Shown piece after piece: positions 1 to 8,422 of a stretch of DNA of 26,652 bases (position 1 is its first letter; every line of letters starts with the position of its first letter). The DNA comes from a virus. Lineage: Duplodnaviria; Caudoviricetes. Below the pieces are notes generated by a model. The model was not told where the DNA came from. It did not search any database and saw only the letters and a list, made by a program, of their open reading frames with translations. The position numbers and the translations under genes are program-made. Location of the stretch: positions 1-26,652 of IMG/VR virus record IMGVR_UViG_3300042471_001003; one strand, written 5' to 3'.

Positions 1-745
1 AGAACATGGTTTCACCATTTTTCATTTTCATTTTAGGCTGAGCCATGATGTTTTCAGCAGGAGCAACCCAAATTTTGTTAATAGCTACCATAGTATTGGT
101 ATAGGGTGCGGTTTCTTTTCTAGATAATGGGAAACGTTGGTTAATAAAGTTACCAAATTGCTGAGACATAGCACCTGCGTTCCACATTGGGTTATTCTTA
201 TTAGCCTCAACACTCATTTTACATGGTATTGAACCAATTGAATCCCAGAAGAAACACAAATCATAAGGTAAATTACCTTTTTTCTGCTCGTCTAACAAAT
301 CAGCAATAAATTCAGCTACGTCTTCAATAGTACCTAAAGATGACCTATCTTTATAGATAAAAAATCCATTATGGTCAGTTACCTCGCCAGTTTCAGGATC
401 AACCACATCATTAAGTTGAAAACCCATTGTTTTAGCATGTTCCCAAGACCATTTCATTTCGGTAATAATGAATACAGGTAGAATGTTCATCTTTTGAGCG
501 CTAATTGCCAGCTCAAGCAATGCAGTTGTTTTACCTGTGTTACTGTGGCCTCGTAATAATGTAATGTGCCCCATTGGGGCTCCAACAACCGAAATCGATT
601 GTTGGAGTGCATTTGAGAAGGGAATCCATCTTTGTTCCTTGAATTTTACGTTTGTGTTAAGGAGTTTTTTCTCCTTAAAACGTTCAAGGTCAAAGTTTCC
701 CTGGATTTCTGAGGATACAGCCTCAGTCAATGATTTTCTTGCCAT
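1..745 (-). CDS. recA: RecA/UvsX-like recombinase (runs off the left edge; absent from the ORF track)
   Basis: Manual translation from ATG at 745: MARKSLTEAVSSEIQGNFDL...ITLLRGHSNTGKTTALLE (Walker A)...FIITEMKW (catalytic Glu position)...LCFFWDSIGS (Walker B). Open to position 1 and immediately downstream of the SSB gene. Confidence 0.85.
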   Translation of the reverse strand, partial: MARKSLTEAVSSEIQGNFDLERFKEKKLLNTNVKFKEQRWIPFSNALQQSISVVGAPMGHITLLRGHSNTGKTTALLELAISAQKMNILPVFIITEMKWSWEHAKTMGFQLNDVVDPETGEVTDHNGFFIYKDRSSLGTIEDVAEFIADLLDEQKKGNLPYDLCFFWDSIGSIPCKMSVEANKNNPMWNAGAMSQQFGNFINQRFPLSRKETAPYTNTMVAINKIWVAPAENIMAQPKMKMKNGETMF

Positions 746-747
746 AA

Positions 748-1563
748 TTAGAACGGTAGATCATCATCATCACCAAACAAAGAATCAAATTTGTCTACTT
801 TGCTTTCTTTAGGAGTCAAAGCATAGTTTGGTTTTACAGGTTGTACAATTTCTTCTTCTTCCTCAGCTTCAACTGTAGAAGCAGGAGCTGCTTCCTCAGG
901 GTTCAACCATTCTTGCAACAAACGCTTCATTTCATCAAATTCATAGCGCTTGTACAATTCAGTTGGGTCAGGTTGTTCGGCTAACCATTTTTTAGCTGTT
1001 TCTTTGTCTTCGGTCAAGTTTGACTGTTTAGTCTTAACGCGAATAGAGGATTTGTTGTAGGCAGTACCAGTAACATCTGGTCCAACGGTGTCAACAGTAA
1101 TGTCTCTACCCTCATAGACGTCAGTGTAATCCCCGATATCCTCATCATCAGCCAAGGATAAGAATTCTAAGTAAATTTCTTTACCAAATTCCCACAAACG
1201 AACACCCAAATGCTCTTCACCACGAACAATTACGGGTGCAAAAATACGCATTTTAGGATCCAATTTTTTAGCCAATTTCCAGTTTTCTTTGTCTTGAGAC
1301 TGGCGGAGTTGTTTTGCAAACTCAACAATAGGATCTTTGTCACCAAAGTTCATTGGAGAGATCATTGTACGGTTTCCAATTCCATAGTGGAAATACAACT
1401 CTTTGAAAGGATTCGTTTTGTCAAACGCTGAAGGGACGATTCGGATAACCTGTTTACCAACCGAAGGTTTCCAAAAGAATTTTTTGCGATCTTCACCCGA
1501 GTTTTTCTTACCGGGTTTCTGCTGCATGGCATTTAGCCTCTGTTTAATAGCATTTAAATCCAT
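748..1563 (-). CDS. Single-stranded DNA-binding protein, T4 gp32-like
   Basis: FWKP..GKQVIRIVP...NPFKELYFHY and VRLWEFGKEIY...DYTD..EGRDI blocks; acidic C-terminal tail ending DDDDLPF; next to recA. Confidence 0.85.
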   Translation of the reverse strand: MDLNAIKQRLNAMQQKPGKKNSGEDRKKFFWKPSVGKQVIRIVPSAFDKTNPFKELYFHYGIGNRTMISPMNFGDKDPIVEFAKQLRQSQDKENWKLAKKLDPKMRIFAPVIVRGEEHLGVRLWEFGKEIYLEFLSLADDEDIGDYTDVYEGRDITVDTVGPDVTGTAYNKSSIRVKTKQSNLTEDKETAKKWLAEQPDPTELYKRYEFDEMKRLLQEWLNPEEAAPASTVEAEEEEEIVQPVKPNYALTPKESKVDKFDSLFGDDDDLPF

Positions 1564-1582
1564 AATAACTTTTATTTACACT

Positions 1583-1613
1583 ATAACATACAAAAAAAGG
1601 CTTGTTTTACCAA
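1583..1613 (-). promoter_or_regulatory. Candidate host-sigma (Bacteroidota-like -33/-7) promoter for ssb-recA
   Basis: Coding strand TTGG-N19-TATGTTAT; the same spacing recurs at three other sites in the window. Confidence 0.55.
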
Positions 1614-1618
1614 GCCTT
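1592..1618 (-). terminator. Intrinsic terminator
   Basis: AAGGCTTG-GTAAAA-CAAGCCTT hairpin followed by a T run on the minus strand, just after the 149-aa gene. Confidence 0.7.
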
Positions 1619-1630
1619 CTATAAATATTT

Positions 1631-2080
1631 TTAAAGTTCTACAATTTTGTAGATTTTAGTTCGTAGTTGTTTTAATTCATCGTGCTGAGTGAGTAAAATA
1701 GTATTCTTGTAGTGTTGCCAGTTAATTCTATAGTTAACATCAACAACACCATCATTTAATTTTTTAATTAACTCATTCAAAGCATTAATTGTATATAACG
1801 TATTTGATTCCTTTTTACGGTGTACTAAAATAGTATTATAAGGAATTTCATCAATTTCTGTTTCCATAATATTGTAAGTACAAACGTACTCGTTATTACT
1901 TTTCACATATAAAACAAATATTTTATTGTATGCTATTGTATAATAATTTTTGATGTCTTCAATAAATCCATCAATTTGTTGCTCTTCTACGAACGTGCAA
2001 AATAACTTGTTGGTAAGCGCCATATCTTCAGTATGGCCATAAATATCATAGGGGACGAAGGTTGTTGTAGTTAGCTCCAT
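1631..2080 (-). CDS. Hypothetical protein, overlapping the end of the PolA-like gene
   Basis: 149-aa ORF in the co-directional run; alternative start at ATG 2023 is possible. Confidence 0.75.
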   Translation of the reverse strand: MELTTTTFVPYDIYGHTEDMALTNKLFCTFVEEQQIDGFIEDIKNYYTIAYNKIFVLYVKSNNEYVCTYNIMETEIDEIPYNTILVHRKKESNTLYTINALNELIKKLNDGVVDVNYRINWQHYKNTILLTQHDELKQLRTKIYKIVEL

Positions 2081-3323
2081 GTTGTGTTTTTACTGTTAAT
2101 CCTTGTTGTGTAAATATGTTGTGTATGTCGGTTAATAATTCCTCCCCGTCGGCTTGAGCATAGTCAAGTAAAATAGAGTCATACACATATAGTATAGGTT
2201 TTGTTTGTTTTCCTTTTAATAATTCAATTATTTTACGTAATATATTAATATTAAGTGATGTCTCGTAATTTTGAAGTATGTAATTGAATAATTTATATGG
2301 GTTAGGATTGTCAATGTTTTCAAGGCAATAACCTGAAATGGGCACGCTAACTTTACCTGAGTTATTGTATATCTTCCAGTTATTGTCTATGTATTCTTTA
2401 CATTTAGCAAAGAAAGGTATATCTAAATATTGTTCTTGAATACCCCCATACAATTGTCTAAATACATTTTCCTTACCTACTTGCTCATATAATTGGGAAA
2501 TGTCAAAATCACCACCCATTAACTTATTTGCTAATGTAGGGTGGTAAGATGAAATGTCAAATTCAACTAAATAATCGTTTTGAGCAATAAACGATTTACG
2601 AGCACCACTATCCTTGTTTAAGGCCGCAAAATTAACGCCATTAAAACTATTAGATGGTCTCCTTGTTGTTGTGTAAAGGTTGTATTGAGTAAATATTTTA
2701 TCATCACTGATTGAATAGGATTCGTGTAGTATTTCATAAAATTTATCAAGGTCGTGTTTATCAATACCCATTCCATTTTTTTCAATCATGTAGAAAACAG
2801 GAGCAACATTATTGTTATAGAAATGAAAATGGGGTGGTTTATCCATAAATAAAACGGGTTTAATTTTATCATAAATTAATTCACACCGTTCATAATGTTT
2901 TACAATAGGGATAATTTTATTTATATCATTTCTATCTCCGTATTTCTGATAGAAATGTTGGTGAACAGGAGTGTTAAAATCTAATTTTTCAATATTAGAT
3001 ATAAAATTTAAATCCTGAATGTTGTGGTGTTTAAAATGGTATAATGTTGCTTTTTTATCTCGCACATATACTGTATCGAATGAGTTAAATAATGCTTTTA
3101 GTAGTTTAAGGTCAACCGAGAATGTATCATTGTGGTTGATAGGGAACATAAATCCTTTTTTATACCCTATAGGACGAACATAAAATAAACAGGGGGTAGT
3201 TAATGCGGGATGATATAAATCGTTGCTTTGAACAACTTCAACAAATACCTCACTAATGTCTTTATTTTTATTGACATCAATAAAGTATTGTAATTGTTTA
3301 TTATTTTCGACGAGCCAAAACAC
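2046..3323 (-). CDS. polA: Compact, divergent family A DNA polymerase-like protein
   Basis: TTTRRPSN block, motif A EFDISSYHP, motif B KENVFRQLYGG, NYILQNYET block, motif C LYVYDSILLD; GTG start; only 425 aa. Confidence 0.75.
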   Translation of the reverse strand: MFWLVENNKQLQYFIDVNKNKDISEVFVEVVQSNDLYHPALTTPCLFYVRPIGYKKGFMFPINHNDTFSVDLKLLKALFNSFDTVYVRDKKATLYHFKHHNIQDLNFISNIEKLDFNTPVHQHFYQKYGDRNDINKIIPIVKHYERCELIYDKIKPVLFMDKPPHFHFYNNNVAPVFYMIEKNGMGIDKHDLDKFYEILHESYSISDDKIFTQYNLYTTTRRPSNSFNGVNFAALNKDSGARKSFIAQNDYLVEFDISSYHPTLANKLMGGDFDISQLYEQVGKENVFRQLYGGIQEQYLDIPFFAKCKEYIDNNWKIYNNSGKVSVPISGYCLENIDNPNPYKLFNYILQNYETSLNINILRKIIELLKGKQTKPILYVYDSILLDYAQADGEELLTDIHNIFTQQGLTVKTQHGANYNNLRPL

Positions 3324-3341
3324 TTGATATAACCTTTTACC

Positions 3342-3372
3342 TTAATATACGATAAAAGATTTAAAAAGCCAA
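3342..3372 (-). promoter_or_regulatory. Candidate host-sigma promoter for the polA-like gene
   Basis: TTGG-N19-TATATTAA; shares an identical 14-mer (TTGGCTTTTTAAAT) with the site at 21233-21246. Confidence 0.6.
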
Positions 3373-3377
3373 ATTTT

Positions 3378-3767
3378 TTAAGTTAGTCCAGCTTTTTTGT
3401 AAATATCATCATCCCAAATACTTACCCAGTTAGCTTGAATAAACGATACTTCACTCATATCATCTATATAATCCATAACAAAGTCATCATATTGGGTTCT
3501 GTTTATAGGTTCACCTTCAGGAAAGTCATTTATAAAATCGTTTAGTATATCTTCATCTTCATAAGATTCAATAATATCTAATACATCCTCATAAGGAGCC
3601 ACATATTGAGAATTTAAGTAAGCATCATTTAGATTAAAATTATTATCGTCTTCATCATTAAAATTGCTTAGTCCTGTGTTTCCAGGTGTAACTTTGATTT
3701 CCTTTAAACGAGAATTTTCAGTTAATTTATTTTCTACTAAGAATTGTTTTAAGTTAAAATTATCCAT
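3378..3767 (-). CDS. Acidic hypothetical protein, possibly virion/head associated
   Basis: 129-aa ORF, D/N-rich; N-terminus carries repeated L-x-E motifs. Confidence 0.7.
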   Translation of the reverse strand: MDNFNLKQFLVENKLTENSRLKEIKVTPGNTGLSNFNDEDDNNFNLNDAYLNSQYVAPYEDVLDIIESYEDEDILNDFINDFPEGEPINRTQYDDFVMDYIDDMSEVSFIQANWVSIWDDDIYKKAGLT

Positions 3768-3768
3768 A

Positions 3769-4140
3769 TTATCTAACTATAAACACCTCGTTATCAATTT
3801 TTAAAGTTTCAATGCCGTTGACATTTATCATTCTAAAAAAGTTTTTCCCTAAATCAAACACAGGAATTACTCCTTTTTGGAATGGATCATAAGGTAATTT
3901 TCCACCTCGTAATGCTCTTTTATATATAGGGGACTCTCTAGTTACAGCAGTCATAACTCGTCGTTGTCCGTTTTTCTTTTTAAAGGTTGCTGAAAATCGT
4001 TTTCCCTTGGTTAATATAATTTTATCAAGTGCCTCTTGTTTAGTAATTGATGCTTCTACTTCCTCGTTAAGGAATTTTTGCTCATACAACGCATAACGCA
4101 CTGATTCTTGTATAATTTCTTTTAATAGGGATTTTTTCAT
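3769..4140 (-). CDS. Hypothetical protein with probable WYL_2/Sm-like beta-barrel
   Basis: FSATFKKKNGQRRVMTA...VFDLGKNFFRMIN resembles the phage F-x-K-x-D/N-G..R ... V-x-D-L..K..F/W-R pattern. Confidence 0.5.
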   Translation of the reverse strand: MKKSLLKEIIQESVRYALYEQKFLNEEVEASITKQEALDKIILTKGKRFSATFKKKNGQRRVMTAVTRESPIYKRALRGGKLPYDPFQKGVIPVFDLGKNFFRMINVNGIETLKIDNEVFIVR

Positions 4141-4730
4141 CGGTAAAATTCGCTGTAGTTTTTAAAATAATTACTTAAACCATACAATTTTTTTCTTTGT
4201 TCTTCAAGTAAAACAATATTTTTATTGGTTTTTGCTACTGTTTCCATGTTTTCCCCACTAGTTGTCCAGAGTATGGTAAAAGGAATGTAGATAGGCCAAT
4301 TATATGTGTTGTCTTTACTTAATATCTTATTATAAATATCGGAACTTGTTTCAATAAATTGTAATTCGTTCGCTTTTTTAATAAAATAACGAGTAAATGA
4401 AGGATATTGGGGTGATGGTTTAATATATTTAGGTTCTAACAATGAGTTTAACGATTGTGGTACTCCGTTTTGTTGGCGAATAGTATCATACTGGCTTGAT
4501 AAATAAGAAAAATTATTTGGATCCGGATCAGCACCACTACTGTATTCTTTAGTAGATATATTAACTAATTTTTGGGGAATACCATCACTTGGGTTTCTAC
4601 CACTAAAAACATCACCAGTACTTACTATATAATAATATCCGGTATAAGGTACATTAGGGGTACGTTGTAATGCATATTTATCCCCATTAGTATATAAATT
4701 GGTTATTATTTGTGATTTAGGATAGTACAT
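4137..4730 (-). CDS. Hypothetical protein (baseplate-region, likely virion)
   Basis: 197-aa ORF; ATGA overlap with the next gene; preceded by ATATTTATA at 4752-4760. Confidence 0.7.
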   Translation of the reverse strand: MYYPKSQIITNLYTNGDKYALQRTPNVPYTGYYYIVSTGDVFSGRNPSDGIPQKLVNISTKEYSSGADPDPNNFSYLSSQYDTIRQQNGVPQSLNSLLEPKYIKPSPQYPSFTRYFIKKANELQFIETSSDIYNKILSKDNTYNWPIYIPFTILWTTSGENMETVAKTNKNIVLLEEQRKKLYGLSNYFKNYSEFYR

Positions 4731-4732
4731 TA

Positions 4733-6688
4733 TTAAAAGTTAGGTACACGATATAAATATAAAGTATAGCAATTTGAAGGTTTACTGTTATACACAAAAC
4801 TAAAACCATAGTTGTCCCTAACATCCGATGACCATCCTGAGGGTGATTTAGAACCTACATAGATTTGAGTGTGTCCAGATAATCCATTACTATCACCTGA
4901 GTCTTCTGAGTAATAAATTAATATGTCACCAATGTTATAGTCAATACTATTAATTGCTTGTTGAATTTGGGTTTTATTTAGTCCTTCACCTATTAACTGT
5001 CCGGTCCATCCTAAGGTTTTTAATTGGAAAGCATACCCTGAAGTTTTAGCATCACCTCCTGATGGCAATAGATTAGGTTTAATGTATATTGTTTTTCCTG
5101 TTTTATAATTTTGGAAGTTTACAGCAGTATTATATACCCCTCGAGCACACCACCCTGATTGTTCTGTCATTAAGTAATTATTTCCAAAAGTAAGATCCCA
5201 TGCTTTAAATGAATCATTTAATTGAGTTATAGAAATGTTATAAGGAGGTTTATTATATTGAGTATTAAGTTTATAAGGTTTACAAACACCGGCAACAATG
5301 ATAGTTGAAAAATCAAGACCTAATACTTCAAGAGGTTTAATGTCTGCTTTTTGAGCAGCAGTTAAATCTTTTTCTTTTAAATAAGTTAATGTAGCTAATT
5401 TGGTAATCCATTTGTGTGTTCTTATCTCATGAGTAATACCTGTAATTAAAAAATTAAAGTCATTTTGATAGCTTAGTGGTAGCACATCACTAGATAATTC
5501 AAACTGTTGAAATATTTTTATTCCACTAATACCTAATAATTCAATGTCTAACTTAATAGGGATAAATGTAGGATTAGATTGGTTTTTTTCTGTAAATTCA
5601 CCCACTATTGCTTTAAATAAATCCGATACCATAGGTCCATTGTTATCCTCATCAGACATTTTTAAGGATAGCCTAACAGCAGCACTATTAGGTTGTGGAT
5701 TTTTCTGTAAGTTATCTACTAAGTTTTGAAATGCTTGTAAGTTAGTCTTAAAGGTTGTTTGAAAGTTATCAGCAAATGAACCTGTAGGTTGAGATGACAG
5801 TATTTTGTCTGGGTAAATCCGATCTATTAATCCTTTACTTAAACGACTAAAACTAGTGGCTTCCTCACCTAATTGATTTCCGTTTGCTTGGGCACCAATT
5901 GAAATAGCAGATGCAATTTCTGGGGTGATCTGTGATTGTGCTTTAAGGCTAGTAACAAATGATCCCTGAGTGTTATTGTCGGGTCCAATTCCTTGGGCTT
6001 GTATTAAAGTATAGTTTTGGTTATTACCATATTTTTTAGTTAATCCTTTAATACGGTTTTGGTTTATGTCAATAATAGTTAAAACATTAGGTGTTTGGTC
6101 AGAATCAATTACTACTTGAAAATCATTTATACCACCTAATGCTCTGTTGACATCATCACAAGCTGTTTGTAAAAAATTTCGTAAAGTAATTTTATTTTCT
6201 TTATCTAAATTATCAGCAATTATTTTAGATAAATAACCAGTATTTAAATAAATATAATTTATGTTCCCTATTTGAGGATAAGCAAAGTTTTGTTCTCTAT
6301 TTGAGGGTACGTTAGAGTTATTTAATAAATCTTTATTAATTTGAGTTAAATTATCATCTCTAAAAAGATAAAAAGGATGAAAAGTAGCAAAATTAGGATC
6401 AGGATTTGTTCCATCCTCTATATTTAACTGTTCATTATATAAATAACACTTAGTTAAATCAGTAGATATATGACACGATAAAGCATAAAACGGTTTATCA
6501 CTTTCCCAATCAATAGAAACTATCCCCTCACCATTACTTATTAAATTTAAATTTTCAGAAATAAAACGCAATAATGCTTGGAATGAAATATACATTTCTA
6601 ACCCTCCATCATTGTATTCAATATAGTTCATTCCCCTATATTCGGCGGTAATATTTTTTGCTATAAATTCTGAATAGTTAATTGCCAT
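4733..6688 (-). CDS. Baseplate hub-like protein with C-terminal CHAP/NlpC-P60-like peptidoglycan amidase domain
   Basis: Hub-like segment IELLGISGIKIFQQF...FLITGITHEI...W; C-terminal GWCARGV...GGDAK...GDILIY...GHTQIY...WSSD provides a Cys-His dyad; position after TMP and LysM genes. Confidence 0.65.
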   Translation of the reverse strand: MAINYSEFIAKNITAEYRGMNYIEYNDGGLEMYISFQALLRFISENLNLISNGEGIVSIDWESDKPFYALSCHISTDLTKCYLYNEQLNIEDGTNPDPNFATFHPFYLFRDDNLTQINKDLLNNSNVPSNREQNFAYPQIGNINYIYLNTGYLSKIIADNLDKENKITLRNFLQTACDDVNRALGGINDFQVVIDSDQTPNVLTIIDINQNRIKGLTKKYGNNQNYTLIQAQGIGPDNNTQGSFVTSLKAQSQITPEIASAISIGAQANGNQLGEEATSFSRLSKGLIDRIYPDKILSSQPTGSFADNFQTTFKTNLQAFQNLVDNLQKNPQPNSAAVRLSLKMSDEDNNGPMVSDLFKAIVGEFTEKNQSNPTFIPIKLDIELLGISGIKIFQQFELSSDVLPLSYQNDFNFLITGITHEIRTHKWITKLATLTYLKEKDLTAAQKADIKPLEVLGLDFSTIIVAGVCKPYKLNTQYNKPPYNISITQLNDSFKAWDLTFGNNYLMTEQSGWCARGVYNTAVNFQNYKTGKTIYIKPNLLPSGGDAKTSGYAFQLKTLGWTGQLIGEGLNKTQIQQAINSIDYNIGDILIYYSEDSGDSNGLSGHTQIYVGSKSPSGWSSDVRDNYGFSFVYNSKPSNCYTLYLYRVPNF

Positions 6689-6691
6689 ATT

Positions 6692-8116
6692 TTATAAGTC
6701 TATTCTATATCCAACAGGGTTAATTTCATCTTCGATATAATTTTGAAAATCAGTATTATTATTTTGAGTTTCATAAATATCTAAAATTTTAGTTTTAATA
6801 AGACCTACTGAAACATCACGACGAACGGGAACAGGAGCAGCAGCACCACCCACCGTAGACACCTCTTCAAGTCCATTTAATATAGTATCAGCAGTATATC
6901 CTGTATAATCCCTAAATTGTTCAGTATTGCCTATAGAATTAATATCCCTAGATACAGTATTTAAAGCAATTTTAAACCTATTTAAACTATCTAGATTTTT
7001 ATCATCTATACCAATAACATTATCGTTGTAGTATTTATCTGTAAGTTGTAAGTATTGGTTAACAATACCAATAAGTTTATCTTTAGCTTTAGGAATTTTT
7101 TCAGCTTCTTTTTGTTCTTGATCAATAATTTGTATTTCTTCCTGGGTGTTTGTACTTAGCCCATTATTAGATTTAGTAACAACTAGATCTTGATACATTT
7201 GATAAAATAAACGATTTAGGCTACTTAAAGATTTATTATTAACAATATTTAATAAGCTAGGAGTAATATTTGAGTTTTGAATTGGTACATTAGATACATC
7301 AGCTACATCAGTAATAGATGTATTTATTTTTAATGAGTCAATTATGTCACCCCAAGAAATTAAATATAATGTTATATCATACGTTAAATCAGAGCTAAGT
7401 TCCCAACTAAAGTTAGTTACTCGAGCCAATAACCCGTCATAATTGTAACTAGTATTGCTTTTATTTTTTTGAAGTTGATTTTGAACAGTTTCAGGTTTAA
7501 TTTTACTATCTTTATTACCCGGATATAAAATACTTAATATTGATGTTCCAGTAGTTTGTGATTTGATACCATCATTTAAAAAATAATCAGTATGCCCCCA
7601 CTCAACTACCATTGTATAACCTAAACGCAAGTAAATAGCCTCAATTGCTTCAAACTGTTTACGGGTAAAACATTTAATATTTAATGTTACCTCGCGCAAT
7701 GAACCGTTATTTTTATAATTACTAACCATGTTAGTAATACCAGGTAGTGGTTTTAAACCTTGAGCACTATCAGATAAAAATCCATAAGTTGAATTTAAAT
7801 CATATCCGATTCCTCTAGGTAGTTTTTTAATATTTACTCCACCCCATAAAACTAAATTTTTAGCTAATTCATAACCACTGATGTTTCCTTCGCTTATACC
7901 TAAATTATTTTTTAATGTAGTTAATCGTTCAGCACTATCAACGCTTACTGCTGATGATAAGCGAACAAATGATGTTGAGCTGTTAAAAACAACTAAGTTA
8001 TTTGGTTGTTGAGTATTATTAAGTCGATCTCTAACCGACAGTTGTTTTTGCCTTATTTTTACTTGAGCATCTACCTCAATATCAAAGGGTAAACCTAAAA
8101 TTCTTGGAGTTGCCAT
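6692..8116 (-). CDS. Baseplate hub-like protein, N-terminal portion
   Basis: GLKPLPGIT...GSLREVTLNIKCF...YLRLGYTMVVEWGH...YDGLLARVTNFSW blocks; synteny after the LysM gene. Confidence 0.6.
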   Translation of the reverse strand: MATPRILGLPFDIEVDAQVKIRQKQLSVRDRLNNTQQPNNLVVFNSSTSFVRLSSAVSVDSAERLTTLKNNLGISEGNISGYELAKNLVLWGGVNIKKLPRGIGYDLNSTYGFLSDSAQGLKPLPGITNMVSNYKNNGSLREVTLNIKCFTRKQFEAIEAIYLRLGYTMVVEWGHTDYFLNDGIKSQTTGTSILSILYPGNKDSKIKPETVQNQLQKNKSNTSYNYDGLLARVTNFSWELSSDLTYDITLYLISWGDIIDSLKINTSITDVADVSNVPIQNSNITPSLLNIVNNKSLSSLNRLFYQMYQDLVVTKSNNGLSTNTQEEIQIIDQEQKEAEKIPKAKDKLIGIVNQYLQLTDKYYNDNVIGIDDKNLDSLNRFKIALNTVSRDINSIGNTEQFRDYTGYTADTILNGLEEVSTVGGAAAPVPVRRDVSVGLIKTKILDIYETQNNNTDFQNYIEDEINPVGYRIDL

Positions 8117-8421
8117 TACCTTGATTCATTTAATTGGTTAAAACTAGAAATTATTTCTGTTATATTACCTGGGATTCTTAGTTGTGTTCCTGGGGTAATA
8201 AACAATGATGCAAAGGGTATAGTTTCATTAGCTGATGCTATAATCCAATATAAAGTAACATCACCATAGTATTGTTGAGCTAAATTATCTAACCTATCAC
8301 CCTCAGTTGTATAAACATATATATCGTTTTCTGAATAAGGAATTTCAGGATAAAAAGTAGTACCCAAGTACCTTGTACCTGTACTTGTTTTTAATTCGGG
8401 TATGTTAGCGTAACGATTCAT
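8116..8421 (-). CDS. LysM-domain baseplate protein (gp53/P2 gpX-like)
   Basis: TTEGDRLDNLAQQYYGDVTLYWIIASAN...PGTQLRIP is a typical phage LysM signature. Confidence 0.85.
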   Translation of the reverse strand: MNRYANIPELKTSTGTRYLGTTFYPEIPYSENDIYVYTTEGDRLDNLAQQYYGDVTLYWIIASANETIPFASLFITPGTQLRIPGNITEIISSFNQLNESR

Positions 8422-8422
8422 T

